Source of the DNA: a virus
Length of the DNA: 64,000 bases
IMG/VR virus record: IMGVR_UViG_3300042731_005935
Span: 19,164-83,163 of that record
Reading direction: 5' to 3' (one strand)
Shown piece by piece: positions 40,931 to 51,561 of the stretch. Both the position numbers and the translations under genes were made by a program. How positions within the stretch are numbered: position 1 is the first letter of the stretch; the number at the start of each line of letters is the position of its first letter. The notes below the pieces were generated by a model. The model searched no databases. It was given only the letters and a program-made list of their open reading frames with translations, and was not told where the DNA came from.

Positions 40931-42273
40931 ATTTTTTTTCACTCCATAATAAACAGGGGCCTTGTCCTGAACCAACAATATACCATCCTATTTTTTTATG
41001 CCTTCCGATGCCAATAAGTGGCTCGGAGTTATCAACTACTTCCTTGCATTCTTTTGGCATTATGTCATAAAAATGTTTCCATAATTCAGAAGGAAGCATT
41101 ATTTTTTCAAGTTCTAAATATCCAGTTTCTTTTGTTCTCATAAGAAGCATTCCTTTTCTTCCGTATTGAATTCCGGATTGTCGAACGTAAAGTAAATATT
41201 GTTAAGTCCAAGAATCTCAATCAACTCCATGGCCGACATCTCTTTCAATCGATCAATTGTGAAACCTGATATCGCTCCTCCGGCTTTATGTATTGATTGG
41301 AGAAGACTATGGAGACAAGCCGTCCTTGAAACCAGGACGTATTTATTCTTGATCATTTCCATCATCCTTTCCGAGCAATTCTTTCGCCGCGATGTTTTTC
41401 CATTGTTCTTTCCATTGTTCTTTGTTTTTCTCAATCTCTTCTATTATATCATCCATTATATCATGCTTTAAAAAATATGCCGTGAACGATTTAAAAGCAA
41501 TTCCAATCCATGACGCCAGTAATGCGTTTCCTTTGGTGATCTCCTCAAGTCTCTTGGATATCTTCGCATATCGAGACATGAACCGTTCTTGATTGTTTTC
41601 GGTGATTATAGCTATATGTGGATGTTCAAACCTTAAATCTTCTACTATGTTTCCTTGGGCAATCTTCCATATCAATTCATACCTATCCGTGTAGTATTTC
41701 CCCCAGTTCTTTTTGATTCTCTCCCATACTTCTTCCGTGTAGTTGTCGAATACCTCTTGGATAACTTCGTGAATATTGGTACAGGAGAAGAAAACGCGGG
41801 AGCCAATTGGTGGGATATAATTTGGAGTGAATCGATCATGACTCCAATTAATGTGTTGCATCGTGCCACGACAGAAAGGACAACCAACCATGAATGGTGT
41901 TACTCCGTCACGGCTATTCCAGATGATTTCTACCTTGCCGCATTCCTCGCATCCATACTCCATCAAGGCAAATGCTTCATGTGGATATTGAAAGGAGTTT
42001 TTCATTTGGATATCCATGAATGGCGGTTCTTTGATTGTTAATTCTACAGACGGTTTGTTTTCCATTTCCTCACCTCACGGTTTTAAAATATAAAGTTTTT
42101 CGGCAATATCGAGTAGGCGATCAAATTGCTTCTCGGTCACCTTCATTTTCTCTCCATGCAGGCGAAACTTTTGGATCAAGTTGTTAACCAGGTCTACCTC
42201 AAATTGTGTCATCATTACCGTGTGAGGGTGGAGGTCCCTCAGAGTGATGATAAGGTCAGCAACTTCCTCCTGA

Positions 42274-42780
42274 TCAATATTTTTGTCTTTGTCTTCTTTT
42301 GGGTAATATGCTGCCATGTTTTTTACTCCTTATTAAATTGTTAATTGTTACGCGCCGGCACATTACCAGCCCCTTTATTATATTGTTCTTCCATGCAATA
42401 TCTCCTACTTTCCGAAACCGATTGCGTTTGTAGAATTTAATTGCCTGGTAATTATCTGCTTTGACGTTTAGGAAGACAGTTCTACCGTGGCAAAACTTCT
42501 CTATAATTTGGTGAGCGTAACCGCTCTTTGGGGATGTATTGATTAATTGGTGGAGCATGTAAGAACCTTTCGGAGCAAGTACTGTTCCGAGTCTTACCGC
42601 CTTGACGTATTTCTGGAAGACTATGACCACGCCTTTTTCAAATATAACCAAGTCATTGTCGATCATACGCTGGAGATAATCTTTACGAATATGAGAAAAG
42701 ATATCCCTTAATTCGGTCATCCTTTTAAAAATAAAATCCAGATCTTTCTCCGTTGCCATTTTAAACTTTTTGGAAGACAT
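42274..42780 (-). CDS. GNAT-like acetyltransferase
   Basis: LNVKADNYQAIKFYKRNRF. Confidence 0.65.
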   Translation of the reverse strand: MSSKKFKMATEKDLDFIFKRMTELRDIFSHIRKDYLQRMIDNDLVIFEKGVVIVFQKYVKAVRLGTVLAPKGSYMLHQLINTSPKSGYAHQIIEKFCHGRTVFLNVKADNYQAIKFYKRNRFRKVGDIAWKNNIIKGLVMCRRVTINNLIRSKKHGSILPKRRQRQKY

Positions 42781-43783
42781 ATATTTTCTCCATCTTTTTC
42801 GGTGTGTCTTCACAACCAAAAAGACTATTCATCGGAAGCGCCAATATCTCTTTTAGGTTTCCGAATATTTTTGTGCCAAATCGTTCCGCATCTCTACCAC
42901 AAGGATAATTTTTACCTTTAATATTTATATCTGCAATATTTATTATAAAATAACCACCAGATTTTAACAGTTTGTAGCAGTTCTTTATGGTCTTGCGAAG
43001 GAAGAAGATTCTCCACATGTCGTAGGTTGGGTATTTTTTAAAAGATTGCTCATTGTCTTCCGAGTAAAGTTCTTTGCAGAAGTAGGGAGGAGAAGAAAAA
43101 GCAAGATCGATAGTGCTATGGAGTTCGTTTGGACAAAATGCTTCAGCAATAGTTTTGTGTATAACCGCTTTATTCTTTGCATGGAGAAATCCTATCATAT
43201 TATTGAGGCCATCAACGGCCGGGGTTGAAGGGTCAACTCCAATATATTTCGAAGTCCTGGCATACTTGCTTGCAAGAAATCCAGAAAGTCTCCCGCCGAA
43301 CCCAGCGCAAAAATCATAGGCGACCGAACCGTTTCGGAGATACCGTTCATATATTGCTTTTGCTGCGGCTGGCCTAAAGTTTGTTGCAAATTGATGCCAT
43401 TCTATTCGTGACAAGTACGAGCGGACCGATGTGTTGGTTATCTTTCCACTGTACTGGTATGCCATTCTTATTGATTTTCGGAGAAGTCTTCTTTTACTGA
43501 ATGCATCAACTGGACTTCCCATCGAGCCGAATACCTTCACGGTGTATTGGTGTGGCATAAAGTGTTTGCAGAATTCAATGCCAGCAAGGCCGGTTCCAAC
43601 TGAGTAGAAAAGTCTGCCTTTATAGTCATAGCGTTTTGTGATGACTGGCTTTGATTCCAGGAGTTTTTTAAAGTCTACCAACAATTCGTGAGGAGTCAAA
43701 GAAACAAAAGGGAAGCCGACGCACTTATAATAATTGTATGCTTCCTTTAATATCCAGTGGTCAACGTTTTTTACTTCAATCAT
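42761..43783 (-). CDS. DNA amino-methyltransferase
   Basis: YDFCAGFGGRL and FSSPPYF..E.YS. Confidence 0.85.
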   Translation of the reverse strand: MIEVKNVDHWILKEAYNYYKCVGFPFVSLTPHELLVDFKKLLESKPVITKRYDYKGRLFYSVGTGLAGIEFCKHFMPHQYTVKVFGSMGSPVDAFSKRRLLRKSIRMAYQYSGKITNTSVRSYLSRIEWHQFATNFRPAAAKAIYERYLRNGSVAYDFCAGFGGRLSGFLASKYARTSKYIGVDPSTPAVDGLNNMIGFLHAKNKAVIHKTIAEAFCPNELHSTIDLAFSSPPYFCKELYSEDNEQSFKKYPTYDMWRIFFLRKTIKNCYKLLKSGGYFIINIADINIKGKNYPCGRDAERFGTKIFGNLKEILALPMNSLFGCEDTPKKMEKIYVFQKV

Positions 43784-43973
43784 GATAGAATATCCTTATA
43801 TTTTTGCAATAGTACTTTCCGCCTATGTCCATTTTTAAATTTTATTTTAATTCCACAATTCGGACAATATTTATAACTGGATAAAATTTTGTCACATGTA
43901 CATTTAGGACAATTAAACCACTCGGTATATAATTCGTCATATCCAGTACTATCATCAATATCTATTTTTATTA

Positions 43974-44357
43974 TCATTTCGGCTTCTCCATTCCAAATAA
44001 TGATTCTGGTTTTATGTTCATCCTGCGATACAATTCAATGGTTTGGCGTCCATGTTTGCTATTACAATTGAATGCACGGCAAATCTTCTGGAGTAAAATT
44101 GGTTCTTGTTTCGGTTTTTTCTTTGGGTACCGAACCCATGGAGCATTTTTAGTGCCGACAAATTTCCGATAAATCAGAAGCAAAAGTTTGTTTGGGATTC
44201 GACCAACGAATTGATTGCATATAATGGAGATAACAAAATCATCCGTTAATGACATTAGACGGTTGGCCATAAAAGGAGAGGTTAAATCCATATCGTCGTC
44301 GGATTCAAATATCTCCTTAAATTCAGCGAATATCGGATTACCCTTTTTGTTTATCAT
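43974..44357 (-). CDS. Clamp loader small subunit (gp62-like)
   Basis: SPFMANRLMS, WVRYPKK; lies next to the large subunit. Confidence 0.7.
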   Translation of the reverse strand: MINKKGNPIFAEFKEIFESDDDMDLTSPFMANRLMSLTDDFVISIICNQFVGRIPNKLLLLIYRKFVGTKNAPWVRYPKKKPKQEPILLQKICRAFNCNSKHGRQTIELYRRMNIKPESLFGMEKPK

Positions 44358-44358
44358 A

Positions 44359-44847
44359 TTAGTTATTCCATCTTTTATTATTAATTATTAACCCAACATG
44401 ACCGGTTGAAACCATAAATACTTTCCCTAACTCCTTTTGTGTATACTTACCAGTCTTATATAAATTCCTTATCCATTTTACTTTCTTTTTGGTTAGTTTG
44501 GATTGGGAATTATTCTCACCATAACTATTCCTTAAACCAATTTTAAAAGCGTGAATTTTATTATTTGAAGATGTTACCCACTCCAAGTTTCCTATCCAAT
44601 TAAACGACTTATCTCCATCTTTATGATTACATTCATGAATTGGAGATGGTTTTGTCGGACCGAAGTATTCCAGGACGAGTCTATGAATATAAAATGTTTT
44701 CTTTTTACCAAATTTTGATAATGTTATTATTTTATAATTCCATTTATTTTTGCTTTGTTTTAGAATTATTTTGTTTCTGATAGACCTAATCCTACCAAAA
44801 TTCGATACTTTGTAATGCCAACCCGATATTTTCTTCCATTGTTCCAT
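44359..44847 (-). mobile_element. Free-standing NUMOD4-HNH homing endonuclease
   Basis: YKVSNFGRIRS, IHRLV, NHKDGDK..N...NLEWVT...N..H. Confidence 0.9.
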
Positions 44848-44850
44848 ATT

Positions 44851-45777
44851 TTAAAAAGTAATATTTTTAATGTCCATATTTTGCATAATTTCAATTATAC
44901 ATGCTGTTGCATTGATTTCTCTATCAATAACCGAATTATCTTTTAGCATATACTCCGCAACGGTGATTGCTGATGCCGCTGCCGCTTGATTATCTTTCAA
45001 TGCTGGAATAAATTCATCAATCAAATACTTCCATAGCCACCTGAATGAAACCGTACCAGCCCATTTTTCTCTTATTGCTCCAATCTTGCCAAGTTCAAGT
45101 AAAGACTTCAGCAAACCCAGATCAATATCACCTTCAAGCAAGTGGTCGAGGTTCATTTTACCACCGATAGAGCATGACTGGAGATTGTTCAATACGGTTC
45201 TGATATCAGGAAAGAACTTATCAACGATGGTTTGGACATCCTCCTTTGAATGCTTTACTCCTTCAGATTTCAAAATCTTGGCGCAGTACCGGACGATTTT
45301 CTTTTTCGGAATTTGTTCAAACTGGAAATGTTGACACCTGGAATATATTGCTTCATCGATTGCGCCGAAGTCGTTTGCTGTAAAGATAAAGCGGCAGTTT
45401 TTGACGTACCGTTCGATGGTATTCTTTAGACCACGCTGGGCGTCACGGGTTAAACCGTCCGCTTCATCGAAGAAAACAATATTTGTCTTGTCTTTCTTCC
45501 GGCGCATTGAACCAGCGAAATGTCTTACTTTCCCTTTAATGACACCGACACCACGATCCTCGCTTGAACCATTCAATTCCAATTTAGAACTTGCACAATG
45601 ATCAATCAAAATCATAGCAAGAGTTGTCTTCCCGCTACCTGGTGGCCCAGTAAAGAGTAAATGTGGAATCTGTTCTTCCTCAATATATTCTTCCATTTTT
45701 GCTCGGCATCGATCATCGAGAGAAAGAGCCGACAAATCCTTCTGCCGATACTTTTCGTACCAAATCAGTTCTTTCAT
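44851..45777 (-). CDS. Clamp loader large subunit (RFC/gp44-like)
   Basis: WYEKYR, PHLLFTGPPGSGKT, DEAD, SRC, FPDIR. Confidence 0.92.
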   Translation of the reverse strand: MKELIWYEKYRQKDLSALSLDDRCRAKMEEYIEEEQIPHLLFTGPPGSGKTTLAMILIDHCASSKLELNGSSEDRGVGVIKGKVRHFAGSMRRKKDKTNIVFFDEADGLTRDAQRGLKNTIERYVKNCRFIFTANDFGAIDEAIYSRCQHFQFEQIPKKKIVRYCAKILKSEGVKHSKEDVQTIVDKFFPDIRTVLNNLQSCSIGGKMNLDHLLEGDIDLGLLKSLLELGKIGAIREKWAGTVSFRWLWKYLIDEFIPALKDNQAAAASAITVAEYMLKDNSVIDREINATACIIEIMQNMDIKNITF

Positions 45778-46036
45778 TTCTTATTCCTTTCTAACGGAAA
45801 TGCATTTGGATAATTGATCATTCTTGGAGGACCATCAACGAAAGGAACCGTTTTATCTCCAGATTCATATCTATTGTATAAAACAGCATGAACACCAAAC
45901 ATTAATGCTTCCTGCTTTTCTTTTGATATGTCGTGGCAGTTATCTGTAATTTCAACAACTATATCTAAAAGTTGCTTACCGTTCAGTTTATGAATTTGCA
46001 AAACTGCTTCGGCAATTATTTTGATGTTTTTGATCA

Positions 46037-46834
46037 TTACTCTTCCTCCTCGGTCTCTCCTTCAGCGGACGGGAGTAATGCCCAAATGGTTTCCGAGTCA
46101 GTAATAAGTACCGGCTTAGAATCACCAATCCATAGTTGCGGTGGGTTTTCTTCATCGATTTCGATAGTGGAAAGAACCTTGTCAAGAAAATCTCCATTGA
46201 CCTTAAGGATGATATTCTCTCCATTGCCGTCAACGTCTTCGACCTCACCATCAATAGTAATGGAAAATTGATGCTCAATATCAGAGCCGATGGTTATAGT
46301 GATTTCCGACCCGTCGTATGCAACCTCGGTTGTTTTTGACTTCGAAAGCCCAACATAGGAATGGAAGTCCTGTATGACTTCACGGGTCAAAACAACTTTG
46401 TATTCCTGCATACCGCGGAACAATTCCGCTGTGTCTTCTTCTGGGTCATCTTTATCCAGGACGGTAGCAATCATTGACGGATCGGATAGAAGATACTTCA
46501 TCTGGCGCCGCTTGTCTTTGCGTATAAAGATCAATTTGTTTTCGCTCAATGAAGTATTGATCACCGGCTCCTTGATTGTTCCAAAGAACTTAATCAACGA
46601 ATCGATGCCACCGAGACCGAGTTCAAGCTCGTTGCTTTTCTGCTTTGAGATGGTAGCAGAAGTCACAACTACCAGATTGTTTGACAAGTCAACCGCTTCA
46701 ATATAACATTTCTTACCATTGACCACTGCCACAGCGTCTTCAATGATGCCGCCCAAGTGAACACGCTTCAATAGTGCAATGAAGTTTTTTGTGCGAATGG
46801 TTAGCTTGCCGGCACTCTTATTCCGACGTTTCAT
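46037..46834 (-). CDS. Sliding clamp (gp45/PCNA-like)
   Basis: Size, beta-rich pattern and position upstream of the clamp loader. Confidence 0.6.
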   Translation of the reverse strand: MKRRNKSAGKLTIRTKNFIALLKRVHLGGIIEDAVAVVNGKKCYIEAVDLSNNLVVVTSATISKQKSNELELGLGGIDSLIKFFGTIKEPVINTSLSENKLIFIRKDKRRQMKYLLSDPSMIATVLDKDDPEEDTAELFRGMQEYKVVLTREVIQDFHSYVGLSKSKTTEVAYDGSEITITIGSDIEHQFSITIDGEVEDVDGNGENIILKVNGDFLDKVLSTIEIDEENPPQLWIGDSKPVLITDSETIWALLPSAEGETEEEE

Positions 46835-47031
46835 GATACTTTTCCTTTCAATTATAAAGATTGAATTTGTAATAATATGCAATCATGACTTCCTTTGCCA
46901 TATCATATGCTCCGATCAACATGCAATTGTACCAGATACGGAAATGGATAGACATGTCATAAGCAAGGATATTTCGCCGGACAATTATTTGAAGTACTTT
47001 TGGCGATATGTTTTTTCATATATTCCACGAT

Positions 47032-47064
47032 AAAAAAGGGCGTGGGATAAACACCCACGCCCTT
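47032..47064 (-). terminator. Rho-independent terminator
   Basis: AAGGGCGTGGG-TGTTTAT-CCCACGCCC followed by TTTTTT on the - strand. Confidence 0.85.
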
Positions 47065-47109
47065 CGGTTTTGAGGATTTAATTTGTTCTTACTTCAGGGC
47101 GCTGCCGAT

Positions 47110-48249
47110 CTAATCGTCGTCGGACGCGATGGAGACTTTTCCATCAGACAGATCACCGGAGTTTTTATACAGGATATTGATGGCACAAGATTTGGCAATA
47201 GATTTGGCGATGGTGCGAACGGCCATGTTGATGCATTTGTCGGCGTCTTTTTTCTTCTCTTTGCCGATCAGTTTGGCAATATCCATGATGGACATTTCAC
47301 TTTTCTGGAGTTTTTCATAGATCTTGGCCGGTAGTGAGTCTTTCCGCATTCCTTTCGGAAGTTTCCCACTTTTGTCTTTATCGGCCGCCTTGCCCTTGCC
47401 TTTACCACCTTTATTGGCTTTATTGGATTTGGTGGATTCGGCCTTCTCTTCCATGGCGTCCAGGATTTCCTCGATGGCATCTTCGGACTCATCCTCCCAA
47501 TCTTTTTTCTTGGGGAGGTCTACTTCAAGACCATTTTCTTTCACGAAGGCCTTGACCTCTTTATACTCCATGTCGCCGAGTTCTTCTTCCAGGGTGTCGC
47601 GGTCGAATTTGCCACCGGCATCGCCGGCATCACCCGATTTGGCCTTCTCTTCCATGGCGTCCAGGATTTCTTCGATGATGTCTTCGGATTCATCTTCCCA
47701 GGCCTTTTTCTTGGGCATATCGATGTCAAGGCCGTTGTCTTTGATATAGGCCTTAACCTCTTTATACTCCATGTCGGTCAGCGTTTCTTCCAGTTCATCC
47801 CGGTCGAAATCGCCGGCGGCGCTCTTGGCATCTTTCGTACCACCCTTGGCATTGCCGCTCTTGGATGACAGTTTCATGATTTCATCGATAACTTTGGAGA
47901 GATTTTTCTTGGTCACTTTGGTCTTGATTTCAAGATCATTTTCTTTGATGTAGGCTCTGACCTCCTTGATTTCCATGTCTTCCAGCTCATCACGGAGGTC
48001 ATCGCCGCCGGCTTCGCCTTTAGATTCGCCGTCGAATTGATCCATGACGCGGACATAAAATTTGATAATCTTTTTGTCCACTTCATCAGTCTTGCCATCG
48101 TCATCAATTTCTTCCATGGCGTTCATGAAATCCTCGGCGAGTTCTTCCGAATCATCGGTATCGGTATCGACCGACTCGTCGGTCAGTTCCAACTTGTTCA
48201 ACGCCTTTGCATTTTTCTTTAATTCTTCCAATGTGACTTTTTTTGCCAT
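47110..48249 (-). CDS. Highly acidic repeat protein with C-terminal HTH-like domain
   Basis: Three repeats of (FD)RDELE..L.DME.KEV.A.IKEN.L; GC-rich third codon positions. Confidence 0.75.
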   Translation of the reverse strand: MAKKVTLEELKKNAKALNKLELTDESVDTDTDDSEELAEDFMNAMEEIDDDGKTDEVDKKIIKFYVRVMDQFDGESKGEAGGDDLRDELEDMEIKEVRAYIKENDLEIKTKVTKKNLSKVIDEIMKLSSKSGNAKGGTKDAKSAAGDFDRDELEETLTDMEYKEVKAYIKDNGLDIDMPKKKAWEDESEDIIEEILDAMEEKAKSGDAGDAGGKFDRDTLEEELGDMEYKEVKAFVKENGLEVDLPKKKDWEDESEDAIEEILDAMEEKAESTKSNKANKGGKGKGKAADKDKSGKLPKGMRKDSLPAKIYEKLQKSEMSIMDIAKLIGKEKKKDADKCINMAVRTIAKSIAKSCAINILYKNSGDLSDGKVSIASDDD

Positions 48250-48359
48250 TGTTTTTTCTCCTTTAGTATTTAGTTACGTGTAAATGAATTCAACTTCAAA
48301 TATTAATGAAAAGTATCTCACCTCCTCTCCCACTTCTCACTTCCAAAAATTCATGAATT

Positions 48360-48524
48360 TGGTAGGGTAGATGGGATTCGAACCCACAAAAACATAATTT
48401 CCGCACCCTTTACTCCAGCAGAGGTGGAAAAATAACCACATAACTGGCCGCGCTGGTAGCAGTAATTATGTCGCGTTTTACCGCTGACACAAAAGCCGCC
48501 TTTACCATTTTTGGCAACTACCCC
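48360..48524 (-). ncRNA. tRNA-like RNA, 165 nt, with non-canonical central domain
   Basis: Acceptor GGGGTAG/CTACCCT + A + CCA; D-arm GCC-AAAAATGGTAAA-GGC; T-arm GTGGG-TTCGAAT-CCCAT; 110 nt between the D and T arms. Confidence 0.8.
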
Positions 48525-48537
48525 ACAATTTCCGTGA

Positions 48538-48600
48538 TTTCAAAGAACAATGAACTTTCACTTACAAATATATTATAACATGGTTTATAATTTCATGGAA
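48538..48600 (-). promoter_or_regulatory. Sigma70-like promoter plus boxA-like element
   Basis: TTCCAT-N17-TATAAT with extended -10 TG (48572-48600); TGTTCTTTGAAA at 48538-48549. Confidence 0.65.
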
Positions 48601-48602
48601 TC

Positions 48603-50255
48603 CTAATCATCGGTCCTTTTGGTTTTACAAACTTGGTAATCCTTGGATTTATCCCACCACCATTCTGAGTCAAGAATGACATTACCGGTTTCCAGGCGTT
48701 GTGTCATCATAATTTCCGCTGAATGTAACCGTCCTTTGCGCCTAAAGAGCATCCCAAGACGTTCCAACCCGAGTTCGTATTCAAGTAATGTTTTATTTAA
48801 AGTTAAGCGCATATCAATATGAGCATCTTTAGTTTTACTTTCACTCGTATCCATAACATCCAAGGAACGTTTATTTCTTGCTGCTTTTACCCCTTGATCA
48901 GCCACGAAAATGGCACAATCCAATTCCTGAGATAAACCAGCGATTTTCTTCCAATTATAATCAATATTAAAACGATCCATTAAAACACCTTGAATTGGTG
49001 CCATAATATCTGGATAATCGATTGTTATACCATGAGGTTTAAAATTCTTTTTTCTTATATACCGATAAATGTATTCAATAACATCATCCAATGTAGCAGA
49101 AAATCTTGGAAAACATTTTATCCGATAATTTCCGATTCCGTACGGTTGTTTTGCCTTTATCCCGGAATATAATCGTCTTTCTGTCATTACTTTAATGCGT
49201 TTTGTTTTGAACCAGATTGCTGGAATAAACCTCTTCGTCCGTTTGGCATTTGATCTTGTTCTTTCTTCCCTGCATTTTGTACATACCTGCCAATGTTTGT
49301 TTTCATCATATGCCGCAATATCTTCCGGATAGAGAAGTAAAGCACTTTTATTTAATGGCTTTCTAAGTACTTCGCAAGTTCCATGTTGATTATTTTGACA
49401 ATCAAAAATTGGAAAGACAATTTTTCCAGCATGGTCTTCATCTATTGCAAATCCTGTTTCACGCTGCCAAAAACGTTCCTCTTTATCTTCTGTTGGCATT
49501 TCAAGATTGATATCAAGCCATTTTAATTTATTATAAATCACTCCAGTCCGTCCAATTTCCTGAGCAGTCCAAGTTTTACCTGATTTCTCGATTCCTGTTA
49601 TCGCATATAATTTTGATTTACATATCGGCCCCATAAACTCACCGACGGCGCCTGGCATTCTAAATAAAACATTTTGATCTTTTTCTTCGGAGTAATATTT
49701 CCGAACCGCTTGGATTGAGCCCGGTTTTGCTGTACCAAGATCTGGATCCTCTTCATCGTCAGATATCTGCGTAAATGAATCAACTACTTTTCCAATATCA
49801 TCAACTTCATTTCTCTCCAATTTCTTTGTCAATTGGTCAATAACTAACTCTGCCTCCATTCTTTTCTGGAAGCGTGGTATAACTTCCTTTTTTATAAATT
49901 CAGGATCAATTCCGTCTTCTTTGAATTTTGAAAATTCAGTAGCGAGTCTATCTAAATACTCTGCAATTATATCCGCTGTCTCCTTATTCATTGCCTGTTT
50001 ATTATAATTATAAACTTCTTGTATAGTTTGTTTTGGTGCGCGTTCATATTCTTTGAAATATCGTACCAACCATCGGAATACATGTTGAAAGTAAAGCCCA
50101 AAATGCTTCGTTTTTATCTGACCAGATTTATACTTCCGATAGATATATTGCATGATTTCACTATTCATAATCATGTGGCTGAGGATTAGCCATTCATCCT
50201 CTGGTTTTATTTCGATATGTTCAATCAGGTTAGAAAGTTTCTCTTTAGTAATCAT
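48603..50255 (-). CDS. DnaB-like replicative helicase
   Basis: GIEKSGKT, NLEM, IDYPD, ADQ, SESKTK. Confidence 0.85.
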   Translation of the reverse strand: MITKEKLSNLIEHIEIKPEDEWLILSHMIMNSEIMQYIYRKYKSGQIKTKHFGLYFQHVFRWLVRYFKEYERAPKQTIQEVYNYNKQAMNKETADIIAEYLDRLATEFSKFKEDGIDPEFIKKEVIPRFQKRMEAELVIDQLTKKLERNEVDDIGKVVDSFTQISDDEEDPDLGTAKPGSIQAVRKYYSEEKDQNVLFRMPGAVGEFMGPICKSKLYAITGIEKSGKTWTAQEIGRTGVIYNKLKWLDINLEMPTEDKEERFWQRETGFAIDEDHAGKIVFPIFDCQNNQHGTCEVLRKPLNKSALLLYPEDIAAYDENKHWQVCTKCREERTRSNAKRTKRFIPAIWFKTKRIKVMTERRLYSGIKAKQPYGIGNYRIKCFPRFSATLDDVIEYIYRYIRKKNFKPHGITIDYPDIMAPIQGVLMDRFNIDYNWKKIAGLSQELDCAIFVADQGVKAARNKRSLDVMDTSESKTKDAHIDMRLTLNKTLLEYELGLERLGMLFRRKGRLHSAEIMMTQRLETGNVILDSEWWWDKSKDYQVCKTKRTDD

Positions 50256-50292
50256 AGTCGCCGTTACCTTTCAACTTCTTCAATACGTGGTT

Positions 50293-51561
50293 TTATATCA
50301 AATTTATTCGTTCGTGATGTTCAAACATACCCCATTTTTTAAGTGCATCTGGAATTGTATTCCGCCAGAAATAATCGGTAAGGAGATAATTTGTATTCTT
50401 TACATGAGTATTTTGATCGGAAAGAATAATGTCTTTCAAAATACTTATTAAATCTCTGGCAGATTTTATTCTTGATTGGTTTGCGTCACGGAAGATGAAA
50501 CATTTTTCAACAAACCTAACCAAGTTGTCGTGTTCATGTGACTTGATATCTGGAGACTTTTTGAAATCAAGCCAAATCTTCTCCATTTCTTTAGTGAGTT
50601 CTGGATGTGAATCCTTTTGACGTTTTACAAAATATTCCTCAATGTGGTCCTGCCCTTTCGCAAATTCCTTGAACCATGACTTTACCCCTATCCGCTGAAG
50701 TGCTTTTGATCTATTTATAGTTTCAGTATGATATTTGAAAAACTCATAAACTGTTATTTTCTTCATTGGATTATAGATGAAACGAGGATTGGAGAAATAA
50801 CTATTTCCAAGCCTAAAAATATCAACCAGTGAAGATCTATACCGGCGGTAATGTTTTTGTACGAATTCAAAACTTTTTTTATAGGATTGCGAAGATTTTC
50901 GGTGGGAAACAAACCAGTGGAGTTTCATAATTTCGGCAAGAATCTTTTCTGTGACTTGATCTAAGGAATTATGATTTTCCCTGACAAGTTTTCTTTTTTT
51001 CTTTTTTGTTAAATTGCCAACTGTTTTCTTTTCCGGTAATAGTTCATACAATGCTTTCCGTAATGGAGATTTTTTACGTCTACGGTAAACGAGTTTTCCA
51101 TTTGCTACTAAGGCATCCATCGAATTGTTTTCCAACATATTATGTGGTAACGACGACGGCCCCAAGGCCGGAGGAGTGTTATCTACTTTTTCCGAAAAAG
51201 CCTCTTGACTTGCTTTTTCGTCAAGTAGCATATGGACTATATCTGGAAGATATAGGACACCACGTACACACATACCCCTACGCGTGGAGGAATCCAAGTA
51301 AAATTTTACTTGCAAATATAGGTTTTCCGGAGATTCATCCATCAATCTTGATCCGGTTATCCTTGTTTTAAAAACCTTTTTCTTTTTTGGATCGAAAAGC
51401 CTTACTGATAATTTTATTTTTATATCTTTGAAACCCCGGAGAGTTTTAATTGTATTTATTAATTCTCCGTTCGTTTTAAATGTTCTTCCAATTTCGATAG
51501 TTGTTTTATAAATCATACTATCACCATGTTTAAATTGTTTAATCCTGCTTTGTGCCTTCAT
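50293..51561 (-). CDS. Hypothetical protein in the replication module
   Basis: Long ORF between primase and helicase; start uncertain. Confidence 0.6.
   Translation of the reverse strand: MKAQSRIKQFKHGDSMIYKTTIEIGRTFKTNGELINTIKTLRGFKDIKIKLSVRLFDPKKKKVFKTRITGSRLMDESPENLYLQVKFYLDSSTRRGMCVRGVLYLPDIVHMLLDEKASQEAFSEKVDNTPPALGPSSLPHNMLENNSMDALVANGKLVYRRRKKSPLRKALYELLPEKKTVGNLTKKKKRKLVRENHNSLDQVTEKILAEIMKLHWFVSHRKSSQSYKKSFEFVQKHYRRYRSSLVDIFRLGNSYFSNPRFIYNPMKKITVYEFFKYHTETINRSKALQRIGVKSWFKEFAKGQDHIEEYFVKRQKDSHPELTKEMEKIWLDFKKSPDIKSHEHDNLVRFVEKCFIFRDANQSRIKSARDLISILKDIILSDQNTHVKNTNYLLTDYFWRNTIPDALKKWGMFEHHERINLI

Noticed and set aside
44359-44847. Group I intron around the HNH gene
   Set aside because: Both flanking clamp-loader genes are complete and only 1-3 nt of spacer remain, so it is free-standing
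48360-48524. tmRNA or ordinary tRNA with an assignable anticodon
   Set aside because: It has a D stem, no G3-U70 and is too short for tmRNA; no convincing 5-bp/7-nt anticodon arm
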